A DNA stretch of 64,000 nt from Candidatus Peribacterales bacterium (GTDB lineage: Bacteria; Patescibacteriota; Gracilibacteria; Peribacterales; Peribacteraceae): contig DATDWL010000002.1 in assembly GCA_035289645.1 (NCBI GenBank), positions 759-64,758 on the forward strand, given 5' to 3'. This document shows, piece by piece, positions 1 through 7,827 of this stretch. The notes below the pieces were generated by a model. That model did not search any database. It was not told where the DNA came from and saw only the letters and a list, made by a program, of their open reading frames with translations. Within the stretch, counting starts at the first letter, position 1; each line of letters opens with the position of its first letter. The position numbers and the translations under genes were made by a program.

Positions 1-291
1 TACGGCATGGGCGATGATGCGCTCGGTCCTGTTTCCTATGGAGAAAAACAAGGATCATCCTTCCTCGGTATCGATCAGGATCCATCACGCAATTACTCCG
101 AGGAGACGGCGCGTTCCATCGATTCATTCACGAAGAAAACGCTTCATGCAGAACTTGAACGCGCCAAGGGATACATCCAAAAGAATCGCCAGAAACTCGA
201 CGAGTTAGCCGATGTGTTGCTGAAGACGGAGACAATGAGTTTTGATGAATTTTTGGAAATTTTTTCGGGCAAGAAATCAGTGAAGGCGTGA
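1..291 (+). CDS. ftsH: ATP-dependent zinc metalloprotease FtsH, C-terminal end (5' part outside window)
   Basis: ORF is open from the window edge. The peptide GMGDDALGPVSYGEKQGSSFLG...EETARSIDSF...LADVLLKTETMSFDEF matches the conserved C-terminal tail of FtsH. Confidence 0.85.
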   Translation, partial: YGMGDDALGPVSYGEKQGSSFLGIDQDPSRNYSEETARSIDSFTKKTLHAELERAKGYIQKNRQKLDELADVLLKTETMSFDEFLEIFSGKKSVKA

Positions 292-297
292 TACACT
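289..297 (+). promoter_or_regulatory. Extended -10 box TGaTACACT, 7 nt upstream of the UDG ATG (leaderless-type promoter)
   Basis: TG-n-TACACT at 289-297, ATG at 305. The same TACACT-N7-ATG layout precedes ychF. Confidence 0.45.
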
Positions 298-304
298 TTT
301 CCCC

Positions 305-856
305 ATGCCGCTCAGCCTCGATCTCCTGCGTGATAAGCTCAAGGATTGGAAAGGATGTGCGCTTGCGGCGCATGCGAACCCTGTTCTTGGCGAAGGGAAT
401 CCATACGCAGAGGTTGTCTTCATCGGCGAGGCGCCGGGAGCGAAAGAAGATGAGCTTGGACGGCCGTTTGTCGGTCCTGCAGGCAAGTTTCTCGACGAGC
501 TCCTTGCCTCGATCGGACTGAAGCGGGAAGATGTTTACATCACGAATGTCGTCAAATACCGTCCACCGAATAATCGCGATCCGGAACCAGAGGAAAAGCT
601 CGCATGCCTCCCGTGGGTTAAATTGGAACTCGCGCTGATCCGTCCCAAAGTCATTTGTACGCTCGGCAAGCATGCGCTCAATGAATTTTTCCCGGCGCTC
701 AGTATTTCTCGGGTCCATGGGCAACCGCAAAAAGTGAATAAAGATTTCACCGTCTTCCCGATCTATCACCCCGCAGCCGCGCTCCATAACGGGAGCCTCA
801 GGCAGGAACTCTTCAATGATTTCGCTCAACTGAAACAGTTTTTGGTTTCTGGTTGA
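305..856 (+). CDS. Uracil-DNA glycosylase, family 4
   Basis: 183 aa. Motifs GEAPGAKEDELGRPFVGPAG and HPAAALHN are typical of family-4 UDG. Confidence 0.85.
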   Translation: MPLSLDLLRDKLKDWKGCALAAHANPVLGEGNPYAEVVFIGEAPGAKEDELGRPFVGPAGKFLDELLASIGLKREDVYITNVVKYRPPNNRDPEPEEKLACLPWVKLELALIRPKVICTLGKHALNEFFPALSISRVHGQPQKVNKDFTVFPIYHPAAALHNGSLRQELFNDFAQLKQFLVSG

Positions 857-917
857 TAGTTTTTTGTTTCTCGCTCAACCAACCGGTAACCAGTAAACTA
901 GTAACCCGTAACGTCAT

Positions 918-1313
918 ATGACCTCCGCCCTCCTTGGCATCGCGCTTGCGTTTTTCCTCAGCCTCTCGTCGCTCGTCGTCGTGATCCTGCGAGTGAGTCC
1001 GCTCACGGCGCCGCAGTACGCGCTTGCGTTCTTCTTCCTCTCGCTCTTTGGCGCTCTTGCGTCTTTTGTCGCCCTTTTCCTCGCTCTCATCAAATCGTTT
1101 GCGATTCTTCGGCCTTGGCACGGGTCCACCGAATCGCTTCCGTCGCTCAAAACGAGAAAGATCATTGGGGGATCGCTGCGGCAGGGGATGTTTTTTGCGC
1201 TCGCGAGCACGATCATCGTTTTCCTCTGGATTCTCCGCATCGCAAACTGGTGGATTGCCGTACTCATCTACATCGTCTTCGTCCTCATCGAACTCGCGAT
1301 GGGAAGATCATAA
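918..1313 (+). CDS. Hypothetical small membrane protein (about 4 TM segments)
   Basis: 131-aa ORF made of hydrophobic helices. No family recognised. Confidence 0.55.
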   Translation: MTSALLGIALAFFLSLSSLVVVILRVSPLTAPQYALAFFFLSLFGALASFVALFLALIKSFAILRPWHGSTESLPSLKTRKIIGGSLRQGMFFALASTIIVFLWILRIANWWIAVLIYIVFVLIELAMGRS

Positions 1314-1370
1314 TGGGGGAGAACGTAATAATCCCTTTCCAGTTCTTCCATTTTCCTCTTCACTCCTTCC

Positions 1371-2123
1371 ATGCAGGAACGGATTCAGAAAATCCTTTCG
1401 GCGCGCGGTATTTGCTCTCGTCGTAAGGCAGAGGAATATCTTCTGCAGGGGCTTGTAAAGGTGAATGGAAAAGTCGCGAAGGTAGGGGAGAAGGCGGATC
1501 CGGAATGCGATGAGATCATCGTGGATGGCACGGTGTTACAGGCACGGCAGGAGATGCTGTACTACGTTATGAATAAGCCAGTCGGTGTTGTGACCGAGAA
1601 CGTCGATCGTTCATCGCCTGATCGTAAGAGGAGATCGAAAGAAGATGTCGATGATCAGAGTCCGTCGGTTCGGGATCTTTTGCCACCTGATCTTCGCGGA
1701 AAGATCTTCCCCGTCGGCAGGCTCGATAAAGAAACTTCAGGCCTTCTCCTCTTCACGAATGACGGCGTTCTTGCCTACCGCCTCACGCATCCGAAATTTC
1801 CGCACGAAAAGGAATACTCCGTTCGCGTCGATCGTCCGATTCCAGATGGTCCGCTCCGCAAACTCTCCTCCGGCATGATGATTTTGGGATCAAAGACGAA
1901 GAAGGCAGTCGTGCATCGTCTCTCCACCCGCTCGTTCACAATTGCCCTCTCGGAAGGGCGCAATCGACAGATTCGCAGGATGTGCCAGAAAATTGGCTAT
2001 CATGTTACCCACCTCAAAAGAATCAGAATTGTGTCGCTTGTGGATGATCAGATGAAAGAAGGGGAGGTGAGAATGCTGACAGTAGAGGAGAAAAATGCAC
2101 TCATCAAAGCGATTGATCTCTAG
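1371..2123 (+). CDS. Pseudouridine synthase, RsuA/RluB family with N-terminal S4 domain
   Basis: 250 aa. S4-like N-terminus (IQKILSARGICSRRKAEEYLLQGLVKVNG) and catalytic GRLDKETSGLLLFTNDG motif. Confidence 0.85.
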   Translation: MQERIQKILSARGICSRRKAEEYLLQGLVKVNGKVAKVGEKADPECDEIIVDGTVLQARQEMLYYVMNKPVGVVTENVDRSSPDRKRRSKEDVDDQSPSVRDLLPPDLRGKIFPVGRLDKETSGLLLFTNDGVLAYRLTHPKFPHEKEYSVRVDRPIPDGPLRKLSSGMMILGSKTKKAVVHRLSTRSFTIALSEGRNRQIRRMCQKIGYHVTHLKRIRIVSLVDDQMKEGEVRMLTVEEKNALIKAIDL

Positions 2124-2164
2124 GAAGTGATGTTCTATATATGAGAGTGAGCAGTGTGCCCAAA

Positions 2165-2229
2165 TACGTCATGCTGAGCGGAGTGGGCCCCGCGGAAGCG
2201 GGGTGAACGAAGTCGAAGCACCTCGCGAC
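2165..2229 (-). repeat. Hairpin repeat copy A (ends ...gctcagcatgacgta when read on the minus strand)
   Basis: The reverse complement aligns with copies at 2572-2652 and 19847-19918. Shared 5' block cgcgaNgtgcttcg and 3' block cgctcagcatgacgta; central stem ccccgc/gcgggg. Confidence 0.75.
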
Positions 2230-2261
2230 TGAACAATTTCTTCCATTGAAGGTATCTCGGG

Positions 2262-2546
2262 CTACTTCCTTTTGGCAAGAACATGAAGCTTCTCAAAATC
2301 TCCACCAATGAGTGCTTCTTTTTTCTTTCTACTCCAACCCTGTAATTGCTTCTCTCGTTTGATTGCATCATTGATGCTTGCGTATTCCTCTGAATACACA
2401 AGCTCAACTGGACGACGCTGATATGTGTAGGAATTCTTATCTGATCCTTCCGTGTGTATTGCAATACGTTCTTCGATGTTATTCGTTACTCCAGTGTAGT
2501 AACTGGCATCACCGCAACGAAGAATGTAGACCCAGAATGTTCGCAT
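2262..2546 (-). CDS. GIY-YIG nuclease family protein (small, YhbQ/UPF0213-like)
   Basis: 94 aa. FWVYILRCGDASYYTGVTNNIEERIAIH is a GIY-YIG signature. Its own TGtTACCAT -10 box (2555-2563, minus strand) lies 8 nt upstream of the ATG. Confidence 0.85.
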   Translation of the reverse strand: MRTFWVYILRCGDASYYTGVTNNIEERIAIHTEGSDKNSYTYQRRPVELVYSEEYASINDAIKREKQLQGWSRKKKEALIGGDFEKLHVLAKRK

Positions 2547-2571
2547 AGTGGTTCATGGTAACACATTTTGT

Positions 2572-2652
2572 CCTCTCGATGTGCTTCGACTTCGCCCTTC
2601 GACTCGCCGCGCTGCGGCGCGACTCGCTCAGGGCTCCGCTCAGCATGACGTA
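2572..2652 (+). repeat. Hairpin repeat copy B, inverted relative to copy A
   Basis: ctctcgatgtgcttcgacttcg...cgccgc-gct-gcggcg...ccgctcagcatgacgta. It produces the spurious N-terminal extension of ORF 2548-3165. Confidence 0.75.
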
Positions 2653-2760
2653 TGTGTAGTGTTTGCACTGCTCGAAGAGAATGACTGGGTTTTACACAAA
2701 CCGTATCCACTTAAAAACACGAGATTGCACTCAAGCATCTCTTTTGGCACACTTCCTCCC

Positions 2761-3165
2761 ATGGGAGAAGATAAAACCGAGCGTCGCGCAAATTCCGGCA
2801 TGAGACTCGCTTTCCGCGTCTTCATCAATGTCGCCGTTGTCCTCTTCCTCCAAACATACTTTGGCTCCTTCTTTGTTCTTCAAGGCGGCTACCAGGGAAT
2901 TGCGATCACTGCGCTCATCTTTGCGATCCTCAACATGCTGGTTGCGCCGGTGCTCCATGTCCTCTCGCTCCCGATCAAAATGCTTGCATGGATCATCGCA
3001 TTCACCATCGTGAATGCCGTAGTCGTGTGGCTGACGATTTGGTTTATTACAGCACTCAATCTCACTGATGTTTCGCTCGCAATCGAAGGAGGTTTTGTAG
3101 GATGGATCTTCGTGAGTGTGATCCTTGGCGTTGGTAACTGGGTGGTGAAGGCGATTGTAAAATAG
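2761..3165 (+). CDS. Membrane protein resembling phage holin family 4 (YvlD-like)
   Basis: Start moved to the ATG at 2761, downstream of the repeat. The 4-TM protein has the motif LNMLVAPVLHVLSLPIKMLAWIIAFTIVNAVVVWL, typical of this family. Confidence 0.55.
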   Translation: MGEDKTERRANSGMRLAFRVFINVAVVLFLQTYFGSFFVLQGGYQGIAITALIFAILNMLVAPVLHVLSLPIKMLAWIIAFTIVNAVVVWLTIWFITALNLTDVSLAIEGGFVGWIFVSVILGVGNWVVKAIVK

Positions 3166-3220
3166 CACCAATATTTATTTAAGCTCACGAACGTTCGTTA
3201 TCCATTGTAAAGATCAGTTC

Positions 3221-3466
3221 TCAAGCAGGATGCACGATGATTTCATCTCCATTAGAAAGAGTGGTTTTTATACTGCTCCCTGCTTGAGATGCTTGAGCTG
3301 CTAAATGGTGTAGCTCTGTTCGTAGTGTCCATATCTGCATTGTGTTTCCATTTATTAAGAAATCTGGAGCATCTTTCATTGCTAAAAGATCTGTGGAGCC
3401 AACACGTTGCACTTTTGCTCCCATTATTGCAGCGGGACTCACCGGAGTATTTGTGCGTTCATTCAT
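3221..3466 (-). CDS. Hypothetical small protein (orphan)
   Basis: 81-aa ORF in an AT-richer stretch. Shares short motifs (KVQR, TLRT.L) with ORF 21304-21735. Confidence 0.35.
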   Translation of the reverse strand: MNERTNTPVSPAAIMGAKVQRVGSTDLLAMKDAPDFLINGNTMQIWTLRTELHHLAAQASQAGSSIKTTLSNGDEIIVHPA

Positions 3467-3885
3467 AGCTAGATTGGAAAAATGTGTAGAAGCATTTAAA
3501 TGGATTGCTGTAGAAATGTCAATGGTTCATAACATACGAAAACGATGAGAAACAGGTGATTTAACTCGCTATACGGGCAAGTACATTGTTACCCCATTCT
3601 TCACGACATTCACCAATGACTAACTCCACAGTACGGGGATCCCCATCTTCCAATGGAGAGTCTGCGCCATCGGAAGTGGTGTCCTATCATTTTGTCTTCT
3701 CGAATGAGGAACGAGAGCAGCCTGTGGTGTAGTGGCTCTATGAATCATGACTGCATCCAAGCGCAGACATCTTTACGACGCAACTGGTGAAGGAGAGTGA
3801 TGCGCACTCTGTTCCATTTTTCGACATGCTGCATCGCATTTGCTTCCATCATGATGCAGAGCACGATCAATCCTCAAAAAAATTG

Positions 3886-3915
3886 TTGAAAAAATTTACA
3901 ACTTGATGCTAGCAT
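3886..3915 (+). promoter_or_regulatory. Candidate promoter TTGAAA-N18-TGcTAGCAT
   Basis: -35-like TTGAAA at 3886-3891 and extended -10 TGcTAGCAT ending at 3915. An ATG lies 6 nt downstream at 3922 (short uORF); the TrmB ATG is at 3956. Confidence 0.3.
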
Positions 3916-3955
3916 CGAGCCATGGGAAAATTCTATTTGTTCCGCACAATCTCCC

Positions 3956-4723
3956 ATGGCGCGTAAAGATCTCCTCCACGCCATCGAATCTGTCGGCCTT
4001 CCTCACGAAGAATCCTCGCTCTACCTTGCGGGACTCTCGCTCGGGAGTGCTCCTGCTTCCGCCTATGCCAAGCGTGCGGGAATGAACCGCGTGACTGCCT
4101 ATAATCATTTGGAGTCACTCGCACGGCGCGGACTCCTTACTGTCATTAAAGAGAAAAGCGGCAAGAAGTATGCGCCGGTTCCCCCCGAGCAGTTTGCGAT
4201 GGAATCCCGCAAAAATGTGGATGCGCTCCACCGCGTATTGCCGGAACTCCGTGCGCTCCAAGGCGCTTCGCACCGCTCGCCGCAGGTCAAATTTTTCCAA
4301 GGTTGGGAGGGAGTCAAACGCGTGTACGAAGACACGCTTACGGCGGAAGGAGAACTCCTCAACTTCGCGAATTCCGCTCTGGTTCGCGCATATTGGCAGG
4401 ATTACGATGATGCCTACGTGAGTGAGCGTGTGCGCCGCAAGATCCACCTCCGTGGCATAGCACCGGATGACGAAGCGGGTAGGCTTGTCCATGGCCACGA
4501 TAAAAAATCCCTGCGCGAAATCCGCCTCGTGCCGGCGAAGGACTTCAACTTTAATAACGAGATCAATATCTACGATCAAAAGGTTGCCATTGTCTCTTTT
4601 GGTGAGGGAGAGGGGGAGCTCTTTGGCATCATCATCGAAAGCGCGGATGTCGCGGAAACACAGCGACAGATCTTCGAGATGGCATGGCGGTATGCAAAAG
4701 TGGCAAAACATCAATCGAAATAG
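3956..4723 (+). CDS. TrmB-family transcriptional regulator
   Basis: 255 aa. N-terminal winged HTH (LGLPHEESSLYLAGLSLGSAPASAYAKRAGMNRVTAYNHLESLARRGLL) is typical of TrmB. Confidence 0.8.
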   Translation: MARKDLLHAIESVGLPHEESSLYLAGLSLGSAPASAYAKRAGMNRVTAYNHLESLARRGLLTVIKEKSGKKYAPVPPEQFAMESRKNVDALHRVLPELRALQGASHRSPQVKFFQGWEGVKRVYEDTLTAEGELLNFANSALVRAYWQDYDDAYVSERVRRKIHLRGIAPDDEAGRLVHGHDKKSLREIRLVPAKDFNFNNEINIYDQKVAIVSFGEGEGELFGIIIESADVAETQRQIFEMAWRYAKVAKHQSK

Positions 4724-4944
4724 ATGGTGATTCCTCGGATGCGCATGGAATCCACAATGTGATCGAACCAATTTTTTTCTCCGTCAATTTGTTCCATTCA
4801 TGAACACCATTGCAGCAAAGGTGTTCAATTTTCATATTTGCTCATCGGGGTGCTTGCCGCTTGCTGTAGAAGTTTTGAACAGGTAAAAAATTTGGATCAT
4901 TTTGTGTTGGACACCAGCGGAGAGGAACGATTCAATGCAATCAT

Positions 4945-5451
4945 ATGTCGACTGTTGCACTCGACGGGATCGGAGGAGTTGCATCCGATGCGTACCGATC
5001 AGAGGTGTTAACAGGCATTCCTCTTCCGGAATGGGAGACGATGTCACCACCCGAACTTCATGCAGCTCTTCAGTACTCTGCGGAGAACCAAGGGCGTATC
5101 CATGCACTCATGGAAGCACTTATGAAAGCGACCACCATGACGGGATATAAGCCAGAATATTGCGATTTACAACACAAACTCCAGAATGCAAAAAGAGAAT
5201 TGGAAGTTGCACTTTTAGCCGGAGCGCCCGATGGGGCAGTCTCGGATCAGGCAACGCGTGCGGCGACATCGATTCGAGAAGTTTTCCGTACACTCAGTTT
5301 TGCCGAGAGCTTTCCTCAAAATAAATCTCCACAAAGAAGGCATGGGTCGAATTGGAGAGAAAGAATTTCTTCATTCTTTAATGGTGAGTTGTTACAAGAT
5401 CTTCGTGCCATGTTCGCTGCTCCATCGAAAATCGAATACGAAGAGGTTTGA
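4945..5451 (+). CDS. Hypothetical protein
   Basis: 168-aa ORF, soluble, no family recognised. Confidence 0.5.
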   Translation: MSTVALDGIGGVASDAYRSEVLTGIPLPEWETMSPPELHAALQYSAENQGRIHALMEALMKATTMTGYKPEYCDLQHKLQNAKRELEVALLAGAPDGAVSDQATRAATSIREVFRTLSFAESFPQNKSPQRRHGSNWRERISSFFNGELLQDLRAMFAAPSKIEYEEV

Positions 5452-5565
5452 TGGAGGAATGTGAGGTGTCGAAGGAAGGATGCCGTTTAAAAATAGCCCG
5501 TTAATTGGTTGTTCTAGCCATATATTCAACGTACGATCGCCTCCTTCATTTCACCCCTCTTTCTT

Positions 5566-6414
5566 ATGCGTGCACTCCGCGCCTTGCCACTCATTCTTAC
5601 TCTCTCCATCCTCGTGCCGAAGGTTGCCTTTGCAGTACCGTACGTCGAGCTCCCAACAGATCATCAATACGCTAAGCTATGGAGAATTATGGTGACAGGT
5701 GATCAAGTGGGTGCGAGCAGGAGGATGGGGCAGACCGTATTGCGCCCCGCCAATCGAGGCACGAGCCTGACGCCCGCGAGCAAAGGGTTTTTTGGGGATG
5801 TTGCGGAAGATCATCCAAACTACGCTGCAATTCTTTACATGGTGCAGCAGGGGATGATGGATCTGATGAGCGGACGAATGTTTAAGCCGCTGGAGCCGAT
5901 CACGCGCGGACAGTTTACAGCGATTGTGGCAAACAGAGTGTTTTCCGATGAGTTCATCGAGGGATGTTTCGAAAATATTTCCTTCCCGTACCCATCCGAA
6001 TACTCGCTCCTCTTCGACGATATGCCAAAGGAAGGCGAGGATGCAAAGCGTGTCTGCGCGGCACTGATGGCGGGCGTCGTGCATGGGTACGACAATACGA
6101 CTTTCCGCCCGGATCAAATCATCAACTTCGCAGAGGCGGCGAAGATCACGACCCGTGCATATGATGTTTCGTTCCTCCCGTACCGCGGCGAAGGAAAAGA
6201 ATGGTTCAAGCTCTATGTCACAAGCCTTGCGGAGAATGGCGGCATTCCGCTCAGCATTAAAAAATTTGATTCGCAGGTGACCCGTGCAGAGGCGGCAGAA
6301 ATTCTCTACCGCGCAGATGCTGGAATCACCAATCTTCCAAGCAGGAGTTACAAAGATCTCATGGTGGATCTTGGGAAGAATGTGGTGGAAACGTGGATGA
6401 ACTGGATGATGTAG
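5566..6414 (+). CDS. Secreted SLH-domain protein
   Basis: Signal peptide (LTLSILVPKVAFA) followed by S-layer-homology repeats (FGDVAEDHPNYAAILYMVQQGMM...ITRGQFTAIV; YDNTTFRPDQIINFAEAAKI). Confidence 0.8.
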   Translation: MRALRALPLILTLSILVPKVAFAVPYVELPTDHQYAKLWRIMVTGDQVGASRRMGQTVLRPANRGTSLTPASKGFFGDVAEDHPNYAAILYMVQQGMMDLMSGRMFKPLEPITRGQFTAIVANRVFSDEFIEGCFENISFPYPSEYSLLFDDMPKEGEDAKRVCAALMAGVVHGYDNTTFRPDQIINFAEAAKITTRAYDVSFLPYRGEGKEWFKLYVTSLAENGGIPLSIKKFDSQVTRAEAAEILYRADAGITNLPSRSYKDLMVDLGKNVVETWMNWMM

Positions 6415-6441
6415 GAATAGCGTTTTCATTGGTGAGAGAGT

Positions 6442-6467
6442 GCCCCGGAGCAATCCGGGGCATTTTT
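6442..6467 (+). terminator. Rho-independent terminator
   Basis: gccccgg-agcaat-ccggggc followed by attttt, 28 nt after the SLH gene stop. Confidence 0.6.
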
Positions 6468-6598
6468 GTGATATACTTATGCTTCCGCTCCGCGTTCTTT
6501 TACAGCATGGGGATGACCCACCTACGCTCCTTCGGAGCTCCGGTGGGCGGGAGGAGGAAGTACACGGTTCTTCCGAATCTCAAATTTACTATTACTCT

Positions 6599-6999
6599 GG
6601 GGATGACAGGCATTTGACAGCGTGATACTAGGGTTCGATCGTTTCTGTTCGGGATGGCACCGGTTCCCGTTACCCACTTGATGCACCAATAACTGCAGAC
6701 AATCTTGTCAGCAAGGCTAATCGTATTGCGGAAGGTGTGCTTGCACGTCTTCAGCCAATCGCGGTTGCCGCTTAGTTCGTCCAGAACGAACACGTCTCTC
6801 CTCCGACTCCCGCTACGGGGATGAGGCGCTATCAGCGGGACGAATAATCACGTGACGCGATGATTACTTCGTCTATAGCGTCGAACCTCTCCACAGTTCT
6901 TGGTTCGTTTCTTATTGTGGAGCGACTCGAAGCGAACATAACAGTACAAGCACGTTCTCTACACGTTGGACCCGGGTTCGACTCCCGGCATCTCCACCA
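6599..6999 (+). ncRNA. ssrA: tmRNA (SsrA), CCA encoded
   Basis: The 5' end is ggggatgacaggcatttgacagcg and the 3' end is ggacccgggttcgactcccggcatctccacca. The acceptor stem GGGGATG/CATCTCC carries G3:U70. An internal ORF ends ...LQPIAVAA-TAG (stop at 6773-6775). Confidence 0.85.
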
Positions 7000-7062
7000 A
7001 AATACAATAACGATAAAAATATATTGCAAAACGATAAGCGACGAATATTATAAGCACCACCT

Positions 7063-7545
7063 ATGAAAAAAGGCTCAACGATATTTCTTCAGGCAGTCAT
7101 TGTACTCATTGGCATTGGCACTCTTACCTTTTTGCTTTGGGAACCTCTCATCGAGGGCAGAAATATCGATTCCACTCCTTTAGAGGTATACTTCAAAGAT
7201 CCGTTCTTGGCGTACGCATATGCATCGTCAATCCTATTTTTTGTAGGATTGTACCAAGCGTTTATGTTACTCGGGTACATCGGGCAAAATAAAGTCTTCT
7301 CGCTACATTCTGTAAAAGCTTTACGGACCATAAAGTACTGTGCGCTCGCCACTGCGGGTCTTATCGTGGCGGGAGTGGCCTACATTATCATAGCGAATAG
7401 CGGTAAAGATGACATTGTGGGTGGTGTTGCCATGGGTGCCGTGACAACGTTTGTTTCCATCGTCATCGCAACCGCTGCGGCAGTGTTTGAGGGACTTTTA
7501 CAAAATGCCGTCGATATGAAGTCCAAAAACGATCTCATGGTGTAG
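7063..7545 (+). CDS. DUF2975-like membrane protein
   Basis: 160 aa, 4 TM segments, immediately upstream of a YozG-type HTH gene (the usual pairing). TATAAG lies 8 nt upstream of the ATG. Confidence 0.65.
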   Translation: MKKGSTIFLQAVIVLIGIGTLTFLLWEPLIEGRNIDSTPLEVYFKDPFLAYAYASSILFFVGLYQAFMLLGYIGQNKVFSLHSVKALRTIKYCALATAGLIVAGVAYIIIANSGKDDIVGGVAMGAVTTFVSIVIATAAAVFEGLLQNAVDMKSKNDLMV

Positions 7546-7576
7546 TTCGACTAGCTCACGATACAACAAGAATTCT

Positions 7577-7780
7577 ATGGCAATCATCATCAACATCGAC
7601 GTCATGCTGGCGAAGCGAAAAATGAACGTCACGGAGCTGGCGGAGAAAGTGGGGATTACGATGGCCAATATTTCCGTACTGAAAAATGGAAAGGCAAAAG
7701 CAGTTCGATTTTCAACATTAGAGGCCGTATGTGAAGTTTTGGACTGTCAGCCCGGTGATATTTTGGAATACAAAAAGTAA
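7577..7780 (+). CDS. Cro/C1-type (YozG-like) HTH transcriptional regulator
   Basis: 67 aa. LAKRKMNVTELAEKVGITMANISVLKNGKAKAVRFSTLEAVCEVLDCQPGDIL. Confidence 0.85.
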   Translation: MAIIINIDVMLAKRKMNVTELAEKVGITMANISVLKNGKAKAVRFSTLEAVCEVLDCQPGDILEYKK

Positions 7781-7827
7781 GAGGGGCGTACAGGAAAGAA
7801 CTCCGAATGCCCTGCTATCATGCCGAT

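Noticed and set aside
2548-2760. N-terminal extensions of ORFs given in the track: 2548 (holin-like), 8129 (trhO), 10890 (alaS), 40990 (methyltransferase, overlaps tRNA-Ala), 49514 (purP), 52032 (btuF-like), 54226 (prs), 60163 (surface protein), 22609 (tsf).
   Set aside because: The extensions run through repeats, tRNA or promoter sequence and lack family similarity. Internal ATGs coincide with the start of homology and often with a -10 box 6-9 nt upstream.
3690-3730. Possible SRP (4.5S) RNA, suggested by ...ggaacgagagcagcc... resembling the GGAA tetraloop/AGCAGCC region.
   Set aside because: The flanking sequence does not form the conserved helix 8 pairing on either strand. The similarity is limited to a few nucleotides.
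6819-6999. Alternative, much shorter tmRNA or tRNA-like gene starting at the internal ggggatgag (6819).
   Set aside because: A 181-nt molecule would lack a tag reading frame and pseudoknots. The start at 6599 gives the conserved 5' ggggatgacagg...ttgacag pattern, a normal length (about 400 nt) and includes the ...AVAA-stop frame.
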